Origin: Andalucia godoyi And28
Taxonomy: Eukaryota > Protista > Jakobida
NCBI GenBank assembly: GCA_009859145.1
Contig: VRVR01000045.1
Span: 177,940 to 241,939 of the forward strand
Direction of reading: 5' to 3'
Length of the DNA: 64,000 nt
The notes below the pieces were generated by a model. The model did no database searches. It was not told the DNA's origin and saw only the letters and a program-made list of their open reading frames with translations. The first letter of the stretch is position 1. Each line of letters starts with the position of its first letter. The translations under genes and the position numbers were made by a program. Below, piece after piece: positions 53,880 through 64,000 of this stretch.

Positions 53880-56800
53880 GCAAGGGAAAAGGAAGAAAGA
53901 AAGGAAGAAGGAAGGAAGAGGGAAGGAAAAAGAAAGAAAGAGAAAAAGAAGGAAAAAAGGAAAAGAAAGAGAAGAAGTTGCAAAACCACACACAGACGGA
54001 AGTAGACACAGTTATTTTGTGGGTTCTGGGGTGCTGCCCTACTATGTGTGTAAGGTAATATTCGACGTACTGCGGATTGGTGGAGACGAATCACCAATCA
54101 ACCTCGACGCTCCGACATTATTCCGGAAGTGCGAGCAGACGCCAATTGCCATGATGGACATGTGCGGTCTGCTCCATAACAGGCAAAGTTTCTAAGTAGC
54201 TGCCTCAAAGGAATGGCGAACAGTTGAAATAACATGTGAGCAGATCAGAGTAGCTCGTTGTTGCTTCCGGAATGTCATGATTACTATAGCACTGCCGTTC
54301 TCTCTTCAGGAACGGTGTTCGTCAGGGTCTCAAGGGACGATTGTCGAGTCAGCCTTTATCCTGACAATGCATCCTGTCATACGCAAGGCCGCACTCATTC
54401 TTCCAATTGCAGAAAGAGAAAGTCTGCTTGTCTACTTTCAAGCAAAAAGGAAGTAAGGGCGTTTTATTTCCGAAGAATGTTGATCACGGAAGACTGCTTA
54501 TCTGTAAGTCGAGTTCCGGTTCTCATTCTGTATATTCTTGCATTTGTCTTGTAGCAGAGCACTGGCATTCTGTCTTATGAATGGCCTGAGAGAGTACCTT
54601 TGCAGTTAGCGTGCTGAACGTTTTATTGCACCTTTGTGTTGGACGCTTCCAAGCAAATCCGTTTCTGTCGACCACGATGAGTGAACTCTGCAAATGCGTG
54701 GTTTGCTGCCGAGTTAAGACTAGCGCTTCCGTCAGAACCTGTAGAAGGGTGTGCTTGGTCCTGTCCTTTTCCTTTCCAAAGCATCCCTTATTACTTGTGG
54801 TTGCATTCATTTGAAATCATGCATCATGAGACCGCGACAGAGTTCACACCGCACTATTCTATTGGAATTGTTAACAGGTCGCTGCTGCTCTATCGAGAGT
54901 GGGAATGGAGATCGAGGTTGCAGTTCCCCTTTGTTTCATTTAGAGACTGATTCATGTTAGACTTGTTTCGTCAGGGGATTCGATCTGTACTTCAGCATTG
55001 ACGAACATTTTGTTGTTGCTTTGTTGATTCGTGACCAGGACGTGTATTGCAAGATGCACTTGACCGACGCCTTTTGAACTTTGATTTAAACGTTTGAGCG
55101 GTTTGGAGCGAGAACACGAGGGGATGCTAAAAGGGACGTCCTTTGATCTTATTCTTGCTGAGCTCTGCTTTGCAGACTACCGCAAATGATCGTTGGTGTC
55201 GGCTGAGGTCGCACTCAGGGCCCCGACAGAGTTGACGGCTGATTTGACCTGGTTCATTGTCTTGTTCAAAGTAACGCCGACAGTAACAGCACCTTGGCAG
55301 TTTCAATAACAGGACTTTGGAGCCTCCTGCAGTTGAGCTATACGCTGTCTGCTATCTTTCAGAAGGGGGACTTTGAGAAAGCTAAGAGGATGCACTGAAG
55401 CGATTTACAGGTCTAAACTGTCAGCAGCTCGTGTGGATTGTTTGCAGTTGGTTTTGGGTTACGAGAATGGGTTTTGGAGTTGAAGAAGAGAACTCGGTGG
55501 CCGCTGGGGTCGCGGTGTTCGTCTCTGGGGTTGTCTTTTATTGGCTTTTTGAGACATCCTGATTACTGGGTTGTTGAAAGGTCTATAGATGAATCTATGG
55601 AATTGTTTGAAGTGGGTTTTGTGGGCAAATTAGGATCCTTTTAAGCATCCGGCAAAGAGATGTACCTGTTTAAAAATCGAGGTTACACTTTCCGGAGAAG
55701 AGAATCGGAGGTTTGTACAGAGCTGTTGAAGCGTAGTAAAGATCACCTCAATCGCTTGCATCTCGTGCTTTTAAAATCCCTTAAGAGGACCTTTAAGTCG
55801 TATTCTGAGTTCAGCGGTTAGTTCCTTTCTTGGCTCCTTTCTTCTTTCCTTTTTCAGTTCCTTTTTTAGTTCCTCTTTGCGTGTGATTTTGCCTTTTGTT
55901 TAGAGGAATTGAATATAAAACGAAATGATCTCTACAGCCGTCACCTGCTTTCAACTGACCGTAGTCGGGGAATTTAGCGGGATATTTCACCTAAAATAGT
56001 AAAAAACAGAGGTTCTGCTCAATTAGACCTGTGAACAGGGGTAAAGACCATTTCCACAACTACATCTCACCCTAACCCATCTAATAAAATAACATACAAA
56101 TATACCCTAACCACTCTAAAACAAACAACTACACACTCTAAAACTCATTATACTAATTACTTCTTTATCATTATTATTATTTATTAATATTATTGTTTTG
56201 TATTGTGTGTTTTGTATTTTGACCTGGGGCTAGGGTTAGGGCTAGGGTTACATTTTCAGGGGAGGCTATCTGGGAAAGCGGGTTGGGGGTGTTCACAGGA
56301 CTAAGTAAGCAGAAACACAAAACCTTCCTAATTTGGACGACACACATTACAGTAGATAACTTATTATTATTATTACTATTATTATTATTATTATTATATT
56401 CTTTTACTTCTTCTATCTCTCATATGATTATTCAATAAGCAATTTCATTTAAGTTTCAGTCAAGCAGCTCAATCTGAAAGAGTCCAGAAGCTCAACTCAA
56501 ACGGGATACGCAGCTCAATCTCAAAGGGGACAAGCAGCTCAATCTCAAAGGGGACAAGCAGCTCAATCTCAAAGGGGACAAGCAGCTCAATCTCAAAGGG
56601 GACAAGCAGCTCAATCTCAAAGGGGACAAGCAGCTCATTCTCAAACGGGACAAGAAGCTCAATCTCAAAGGGGACAAGCAGCTCAATCTCAAAAGGGACA
56701 AGCAGCTCAATCTGAAAGGGGACACGCAGCTCATGTCAAAGGGGACACGCAGCTCAATCTCAAAGAGGACAAGCAGCTCCCACTGAAGAAATGCCACTCT

Positions 56801-57170
56801 TGCTCAAAGCCAAGTAGCTGGATCAACAACGGTCCCAACACAACTTGCCTCCGCTCCGTAAGCCAATCGCCGGTCACAATGCACGCCTAGCAGCCACGGA
56901 AAGTGAAAGAATGCGCTTGATTCGGCCGCCATTCCAGCAAGACGCACCCAGGACCAAAGAAGCAACCAACCGAAGCACCCAGCCAGACCGAGAGTGCAGA
57001 GCAAGGAAATCTTTGCCCTTTGCATGAGCCTCCAAAGGATACTCAAGTGCGCTTCCATGCACAAGCAATTCCAATTCCCAAAAGACACAAAATTCTGCTG
57101 AAAATGACCGCATCATCGCTTTATTCAGACAACACAGCCGACCGATCAGTGTACGTTGGATTCACCCATC
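53880..57170 (-). repeat. Right arm of the ~3.3 kb inverted repeat
   Basis: Reverse complement of ~37000-40330. Includes the conserved core at 55790-56460 and a 24-bp array. Confidence 0.85.
56461..56780 (-). repeat. Tandem array of 24-bp units (AAAGGGGACAAGCAGCTCAATCTC), about 13 copies
   Basis: Directly visible; reverse complement of the unit at 37425-37870. Confidence 0.95.
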
Positions 57171-57935
57171 AGTGACCCGCACGCACCACCGACACCGATA
57201 CCGCACGCCGAAGAAATGCAGCTCTGAGCCAATCAACACAACAAATCCCGCAAACATCGCGTTGGCAGTCAAAAGGAGACACGAGACGCTGCACTCAGCA
57301 TTCGCCCGTCGTCAAGCAGAATCAGTTGGGTACACTCTTGGTAGAAACCATGCTTTACGCTCAAGAGGAGCCTTCTTTTCCTCATCCTATATTTGAATGG
57401 AACTGAAGGTGGATGGCCACGGATGCAGTCGCCTCGTCTTTGGTCCTTCATTCTCGCTCCTCAAAGTTACTGAAGTTTCAGCCAATCAAAGTCGTTTGAA
57501 CAGAAAACAACGATCTTCGCAGCCATGTTGAATATCGCAGGTCAAGCAGGTCCCTCTTTCCGATGTCCACTGTTTGCAAACGTCTACTAGACCCTGTTGT
57601 GGCATGAATTTGAAATGTCCGTTTCTACACTTTTCTTGATTGCCTCGCTTGCGCTGTGTGATGCGTGTCTTGATAAATGGGACAGCATGATTGAAGAGGT
57701 TCCCCTGACGTAATGCACAGTGGCCCTGTGGACGGACAAGATGGAATGAATGGTCATAGAGGCTCTGGTAAGTTTACTTCTTAGAGACTCGTGCTCTTCT
57801 TCACAAAGCAGAAGAATCGATTTTAAGAAACACGGACATGAAAAACTGGTGCGAAGAGAATGGCTAGGTTGTGGCTGATGCGGAGTGTAGAACATCAACA
57901 CCACATCAGGGGACACCAAGCCTCTCGCTTCAATA

Positions 57936-59768
57936 CTAAAAGCGATCACGCGGTAGAAGGACTGGATCCACACTATTAAGATAGTTGTGCGTCTTCAGAT
58001 ACTGCAATCCAAAGGCGAGCTCTGCCTCATGAAGACCGCTTGCAAAAGGATGGTTCATAATAAGCGCCTTCTCTTCAGGCCCAATACGGCGAGAGAACTG
58101 CATTTGCGTCACGCCGCTCTGCAAGTTTTCATAAGGAATCCATGCTTTTGTTGTTGTCGAATAGATGCTTTGCAAAGTGAAATAGATGATGTTGCCCCAT
58201 AAAGCATAAGCCAAATCTCTCAGTATGCGATGAACCATTAGCTTGCCTTGCTTAGCGTTCACTATCTCACTTCCCCAATTATCTGCAACCTCTTGAAGGT
58301 TGCTGTCGAATGTCTTCTTAAGGCTGGTAATTTGCGCTTTAATCACGGGCGCCTTCAATTCGGGAGTGTAACTTTCGATCATTTCGCAAATCTTTGGTAA
58401 CGTTCCTTTAAACGCTGAGAACTCTTTCATTAGCTTGCCCTTCTCCACAGCAACATACTCATAAGAGATGCTGTCTAAAGAATTCTCACTTGCTGCTTCG
58501 AAGATTGCATCCAGTCTCGCGATACCCAGCAGAACTGCATATGTCTCATTACCCGTGTCATGTTGGATCATTCTCGAAGCCAGATCCACATATTCCGTCG
58601 AGCAAGGCCACGTAATATTACCGATTAACACATTGCAGATGTCGGAGAGCCGCTCATCCGTGCACTCCATACTTCGCCCAGCGCCACTTTTCATACAGAA
58701 CAGTCTTCTAACAAGGTGTTCTACCATTAAATACCTTGCAAAGACACGCTTTTCTTGAGCTTTCTCGTCAGAAATACTAGGCTCCGTGATGGGCTGCCAG
58801 TCGATGTCGGGAACTCTTTTTGTATGCATTAAATATAATATTATAATATGAAGAATCCAAATTGTTTCATAGTGTTTTTTGAGACCCTCGATAGGGTTTA
58901 TCGCGGATGTATTAATGTTTGCAGAAGCATCAACATCGGGTTTCGTCATCATCTTCCAGTCCTGCAGGCCAGTTTTAAATTCATCGACGTCTGGAGTGAC
59001 ACCTGGGTTGCTCTGCACGGAAGATTTGGCAACGGCATCGACGCATCTAGGGGGTGTTTCCTGTGTGACCGAAGTTTTTGACGTGGCTGTTGGGACGTTT
59101 GGCAACCAGAGACTGAAGTGCTGCAAGGAGCGTCTGAACTGCACACATCGCGAACCCTCTACAGACAATGTCCCATTCTGAAACTGTCCTGCCAGCAAGT
59201 AGGCGTCGGTAGCAAGACAACAGGAGACTGAGGCACCTTCCGGATACAACAGTAAATTGCAGGGGTTCATTTGTCCAAGAACGGAAAGCACTCGCTCAAC
59301 GAAATCGTCTCCGTACCCTGCAGAACAGAGCCACATCCTGAAACAGCCAGAGACTCGTTGCAGTTTTTTGGAGCCATTGTTACACTGCACTGGAGTTTCG
59401 AATACTGCATCTAATGAGCCTGAATCCATGTTACAAGTGTAAGGAGGTAAAGAATCATCGAACCGTGGAGATTCCGAAGGTCCTTTCAACTCAACATCGT
59501 CGTCCAAACTTCCAGAGCTTGCTGAAGAGTCGTAGCCTTCTGTGTCAACTGGGGAGCGATGCAAGCCACGCGAAGGTGAAGAAGCGTGAACAGGTGATGA
59601 ACCGTGTTCCGTCATGAGGTCCTCACAGGACTCCACCATTTCGTTTGACTCTCCGTTTGCTGCTCTTTTCTTCTTGTCATTGGCAGTGTTCAGAACAGCC
59701 GGTTCGTCTGCGTGGCGCTTTCGTGAAGGATAACTGATGATAGACTGAGAATTCATAGTGCTGCGCAT
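57936..59768 (-). CDS. Orphan protein (610 aa) with a disordered NLS-bearing N-terminus and a helical C-terminus
   Basis: Long ATG ORF with SRKRH and KKKR basic clusters; no family recognised. Confidence 0.7.
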   Translation of the reverse strand: MRSTMNSQSIISYPSRKRHADEPAVLNTANDKKKRAANGESNEMVESCEDLMTEHGSSPVHASSPSRGLHRSPVDTEGYDSSASSGSLDDDVELKGPSESPRFDDSLPPYTCNMDSGSLDAVFETPVQCNNGSKKLQRVSGCFRMWLCSAGYGDDFVERVLSVLGQMNPCNLLLYPEGASVSCCLATDAYLLAGQFQNGTLSVEGSRCVQFRRSLQHFSLWLPNVPTATSKTSVTQETPPRCVDAVAKSSVQSNPGVTPDVDEFKTGLQDWKMMTKPDVDASANINTSAINPIEGLKKHYETIWILHIIILYLMHTKRVPDIDWQPITEPSISDEKAQEKRVFARYLMVEHLVRRLFCMKSGAGRSMECTDERLSDICNVLIGNITWPCSTEYVDLASRMIQHDTGNETYAVLLGIARLDAIFEAASENSLDSISYEYVAVEKGKLMKEFSAFKGTLPKICEMIESYTPELKAPVIKAQITSLKKTFDSNLQEVADNWGSEIVNAKQGKLMVHRILRDLAYALWGNIIYFTLQSIYSTTTKAWIPYENLQSGVTQMQFSRRIGPEEKALIMNHPFASGLHEAELAFGLQYLKTHNYLNSVDPVLLPRDRF

Positions 59769-60039
59769 CGAGCTTTGTTATGAAAAATAAGGAAACCCGC
59801 GGCTTCTGGTTGCGCGGGGTTTTTCTTGCTCTCTCGGCGCGCGGGAGCATTTTCTTGAGCACACTTGAGCCAACGCGGACGGGCACTTGCTTGCGGTACA
59901 CAGGTAACGTGTGTGGCCACTATTCGTATGCCCGCAAGTGCCGGACAATTCTTTCTTTTTCCAATTTCCCCCAACTTCACCCATTCGGCGAAAACTCTTT
60001 GCTGCAGACGATTTGCTCACCGGCACTCCGTTTCGAAAG

Positions 60040-60818
60040 ATTTGCAGACAGACGCCAGGGCTTGGCAGCCGAATTCACGCTGTTGTCGATCGCTTGCTGA
60101 TGGTCGATGTCGTTCGTCCACGTCCTTGATAAGCCGATGTGGGTGCGGATGAAACTTGTTTGGTGAATTGAAGCAATTTGTTTGCTGCCTTTACGGGGGA
60201 TTCTCTTAATCATCCTTTCTCACTTCGACAGTTTTCAGTTCAGAGTTCCTTCTTCAACTGCATGTTCTGCATGTAGTCCAAAGAAGGTCCTGTACTTGAA
60301 CACACCAGCATCAGTCGAAATGATGTTCCAGCTTCAGAGATCGCACTGGTCATCATGACATGGTTTCTCTCAGAATTGATGACCATTTGCACCTTCTTTG
60401 TTCCTCTGAGAACAAGAACATGCATCTTGGACTCCTGATCTCCCTAGACACATATCTCGTCCATGTTTATCACTCGCCACGCATCTGTCTGACTCGACAG
60501 GATGGAACGTTTGCGCCTGTCCACCGGGCGTTTCCACCAGCGCACGTCGTGCACAGTCGCTGAGCTCATCAAGGATCACATCGTAGTAGATGCCCACGTA
60601 TTTGCGCACCGTACGCTCGGGCGACTGCAGACCGTGGTATTTTGCACCATTGATGATATGCGCAAGGACGTCCTTCGTGAGCTGCGCGTCCGAATTTGAC
60701 TGTTTTCGTGTTGGGGATCGTTTTTTGGCCATTCTGGTTGGAATTCGTTAAAAATGGCAGGAGAAAAGAAGAAAGCGCGCCAAAACATTTTCTCCAAAAA
60801 AACCGGCAAGAATGCCTC
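60040..60818 (-). pseudogene. Internally deleted, decayed pogo-family transposase copy
   Basis: LTKDVLAHIINGAKYHGLQSPERTVRKYVGIYY and INMDE..GDQESKMHVLVLRG..ERNHVMMTSAISEAG match the N-terminus and first-D region of the 62462 ORF. The CENP-B-like middle is missing, and stops and frameshifts are present. Confidence 0.85.
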
Positions 60819-60983
60819 CCGTCTAATTGATTTCACCCCATTTTTGCGTCGCTAATACTGATAAAACGAGCAATATCAGATGACGATTTTAGCACGAAAC
60901 TCATGAAGCTCTCTGCGTTGAACACGAATTTGAAGATAATATCGGATGGTTTCCAATTGGAAATGACCCGGTAATGACCCGGC

Positions 60984-61961
60984 ATGACAAGTGCGAAAAT
61001 ACCGGCACTGCAGGTGTGTGTTGCACTTGTCATGGACTTATGCCGAGCACTTCATCCTTCGCAATATTTAGTTTTGACAAGATTTCTCTCACAGAATACC
61101 GGACTACCTCTGCTGCCAGCACGCAAAAGCCGAATGTCATTTGTCATTCCGCACGACAAAACGGTTTGCAAAACCGATGACTTTTCACTGACGGCTGCCC
61201 ATCGAACGTTGTCGGTGGCTTCCAAGAAATACGTATGGGCAGGTTTCAAATCACTCAGCGTCGGCGTCAAGTTCGACATCTCAACAGCAGCATTCGGCTC
61301 CCAGTACGAAATTCAGCAGTCAATTGAGAAATTTGCGTCACTTTGGAGAACGAAATCCCTTGTCAAGGATGAGAGTTCAAAGATTCCATCCCTTGCGTTC
61401 AATGCATGTTCTTGGGAGAATTGTAACATTCGTGTCTGTGTAGTGGTAGGTCGCACATGTGGTTCGTATAGCGTTATTGGTTCTGAGGCCAAGTCCGACC
61501 AGCATAATAGGCTGCCCACCATGGTTCTTGATTATAGCGAATCCGGTCCTTATGGCAATCTTGAATGGAAGCGGCTTGTCTGTCATGAATTTGGACATGC
61601 ATATGGACTGCTTCATGAGCATCAAAGTTCTTCAGTCCCTCATAATCTGCAGTGGAATTATGCCACCATAGCCTCGTATTGTAACTGGTCAGTTGACAAA
61701 GTGAAGTCGAATTTTGACAGTGTGTACGACTCGAATACGTATTCTTTGTTCGATCCGCATTCTGTTATGCTGTACTCAATTCCCGCGTCATGGTATTCTT
61801 GCGCATCGAGCAAGTTTTCTGTATGTTTCCTTTTACTTTCATCGCGAAATTTTTCCTACGCTCGATTTTTAACACGATTTTAGTTTGAGCAACGTATGAA
61901 TTCCGAGCCTTCAAGTCGAGACATCGAAGGCCTGATAGAGGCGTATGATAAATGGAAATAA
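60984..61961 (+). CDS. Metzincin (astacin/ZnMc-like) zinc metalloprotease with one intron (61821-61883)
   Basis: HEFGHAYGLLHEH zinc motif and DPHSVMLY Met-turn. The phase-0 intron GTATGT...TTTTAG restores FEQRMNSEPSSRDIEGLIEAYDKWK*, matching the usual N..LS..D...I...Y end. Start may be the ATG at 61134. Confidence 0.85.
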
Positions 61962-62152
61962 ATGAAGCTCTTTTACACTGTTAACGTGGCGAAGAGGGAA
62001 TGATGATGTTGAAATGACGATTTTTTAACATACAACAGTGATTTTCTCGGTATGTATGCATGGTTGTCACTGCTGAAGTGCAAGTTTTTTCGTTTTCGTG
62101 CTTGCAAACTCGTTCTCGGAACGATTGTTGTCAGGGGTTCCTTTATCGTAAC

Positions 62153-64000
62153 CATACCTAAGTTTGCCGGTCAAAACCTGTTTTCGTCTATGGCCGATTT
62201 CTCCAGATTCTTTTTATCAACCACCTGATTTTTATTGCAAATTCGTGATCTACGGCCTTTGATTCACCTGGATCGCGTCTGGGAATTTTGTAAAATGGCG
62301 CCAAAACACCTTTGCCGGGCTTCACAAAAATGTGGATTTTTAATTAAGGCATACCTAAGTTTGCCGGTCTCCAGTACTTTTTGCTCCTGCCCTTTCACTA
62401 ATTTTTCAATAGAAAGACACATTTTTTTCCAACCATTTCGAAGGAATTAGGGGTCAGGAACATGGAAAGTTCATCCCATAAACGGCTGACGCAGGACATC
62501 CTCCATCATTTGGTCAACAGGACTCAGTACCAGGACCTGGGGTCTCCGGAGCGTACCATCCGCAAATATCTCAAGATTTATTATGACATCATCATCGATT
62601 TTCTGAACGACAAAGCGGAAGAAATGCAAGGCTCGCAACAACCCGGATTTCAGAGGGTAAACCCAAGCGAAAGTCAGGTGCGGTACAGCATCATCCCTCC
62701 ACAGCTGACGCAGTTCATTGACTGGCCTGAGCTGGAAGAACTGGTCTCTGTATTTGGGACTGACGGAAGACCGACCGTGTTGACACCTGAAGAAGAGGAT
62801 GTGGTCTACACGTATGTGGCAACGCGTGCTTACCTAAACATGCCGATCACACAGAATGAGTTTGTAGAGGAGGTGTCGCGGTATCTTTCCAAGGCAGGTC
62901 GAGAAAGAACAATCACTGCGTCCCGCCAGCGAGCCTGTTCCTCCGGAAAAGGGGTCCCAGACAAGCGCGTTGTTCGCCAGTTGTCTCAAACATGGATGAA
63001 AAACTTCAACGAGCGACTTGAGAAACGAGGATGTAGACCCCTCGTCTTGCGATGTCCTTCCACGATTGAAAGGTCGCGCGAATATTCCTTCAACAAATCA
63101 AGTGTAGACGAGTTCTTCGTGCTCCTCAAAGCAGCCTATGAGCGAGCGGGAATTCGGAGTCAGGCAGATGCATGGCGGGTCGTGAACATCGATGAGACGG
63201 GGGTTCAGGGAGACCAAGAATCGAAGATCCGTGTTCTGGCACCCCGAGGCACCCCGAGGGTCCAGCTCAAGGTCAATCCTCAACGCAACCATGTTACGAT
63301 GGTCAACGCCATCTCTGCTGATGGAAAGGCATACACGCCGATGTTCGTGTATGCCGGAACCGGCCCATCGGAAGACTTCTTACGGCACACACTGTGCGGA
63401 AAGGGGTACAACCGTACCGGGCTTTCGCGCACAGACAATGGCTAGATTGACAGCGATGTATTCCTGGAATTCCTGGAGTTTCTGAAGGAGCAGTTGCCTC
63501 CGCTCGGTGACGATCAGAAACTGGTGCTGATCGTCGATGGACACAGCACACACACGACGATTCCAGCACTGCGTTGGTGCCTGGAAAATCGATGGGAGTT
63601 GGTCACATTTCCTGCTCACTGCACGCACGAAATGCAGCCGTTGGATGTTGGATGCTACAAAAGAGTCAAACAGATGTTTCGCAGCGAGAAACAGGCTCTG
63701 GAGCATGAGAAGATCGCAGGTGGAAAAGTGATCTTGCTTCCAAACGATCAGTCCATCATCTTGAAGAAGTCGGACGAGGCCAACACCTACTGCTTGTTGG
63801 AAGCATGGAAATCGGTGTCGACGAAAGCAGTCCAAGATGCCTTCCGCATGATAGGCATCTTTCCTCTGCATGCGAAGGTGTTCGACAACAAGTTTGTCGA
63901 CAGGGAGGATATTCTGAAACGAGCGACAGAGTTCAAGATTATCATCCCTGCCGTGACGCCTGCGCTAATGCATGAACCCCAGAATCAAGGAAGCGGAGTG
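62153..64000 (+). mobile_element. pogo/Fot1-type (DD35D) Tc1-mariner superfamily transposon, running off the window
   Basis: A 20-bp exact direct repeat CATACCTAAGTTTGCCGGTC (62153-62172 and 62350-62369) lies upstream of the transposase. The 3' end is outside the window. Confidence 0.85.
62462..64000 (+). pseudogene. pogo DDE_1 transposase interrupted by one in-frame TAG (63443-63445)
   Basis: GRPTVLTPEEE, WMKNF, NIDETG, IVDGHSTH and QPLDVG, with 35 aa between D2 and D3. The frame continues open after TDNG*IDSDVF, where Trp is expected. Confidence 0.92.

Noticed and set aside
53791-54009. N-terminal extensions of the track ORFs 49501-54009 and 45885-48530
   Set aside because: They translate pyrimidine tracts (F/S/L/P-rich); downstream ATGs at 53790 and 48422 are more plausible.
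37000-57170. Classification as a Polinton/Maverick or virophage
   Set aside because: No protein-primed PolB, RVE integrase, jelly-roll capsid, adenoviral protease or packaging ATPase motifs were found.
1-64000. tRNA, rRNA or snRNA genes
   Set aside because: No cloverleaf/T-loop consensus or rRNA-like stretch was noticed by eye; tRNAscan-SE/Infernal would be needed to exclude them.

Overview
Gene-dense, intron-poor DNA from a microbial eukaryote. Evidence for a eukaryote: one well-supported GT-AG intron, standard code, an ENA ATPase, and MULE and pogo transposons. The host taxon cannot be determined from the sequence. The window has four parts. (1) 1-16 kb is host-like: adenylate cyclase C-terminus, LRR multi-TM receptor, GPI-type surface protein, and adjacent TRK K+ transporter and ENA Na+ pump. 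(2) 16-28 kb holds a TIR-bounded MULE whose transposase carries a papain/USP-like protease domain, then a membrane metallophosphoesterase. (3) 28-37 kb is a cluster of intronless genes resembling bacterial anti-phage defence: DUF4258-like/KH protein, SLATT-like 2TM effector, cGAS/DncV-like (SMODS/CD-NTase) nucleotidyltransferase, a 4TM protein and a caspase-like protease fused to a Ski2-like helicase. This is a candidate eukaryotic CBASS-like defence island and the main finding. (4) 37-57 kb is a ~20 kb segment bounded by ~3.3 kb inverted repeats, each with a 24-bp tandem array and a near-identical ~670-bp core. It encodes a divergent MCM-like helicase, an inactivated RecD2-like helicase and virus-like orphans. 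The window ends with two pogo-family copies flanking a metzincin protease. All family calls come from motif recognition by eye and identities are visual estimates; no database search was run.
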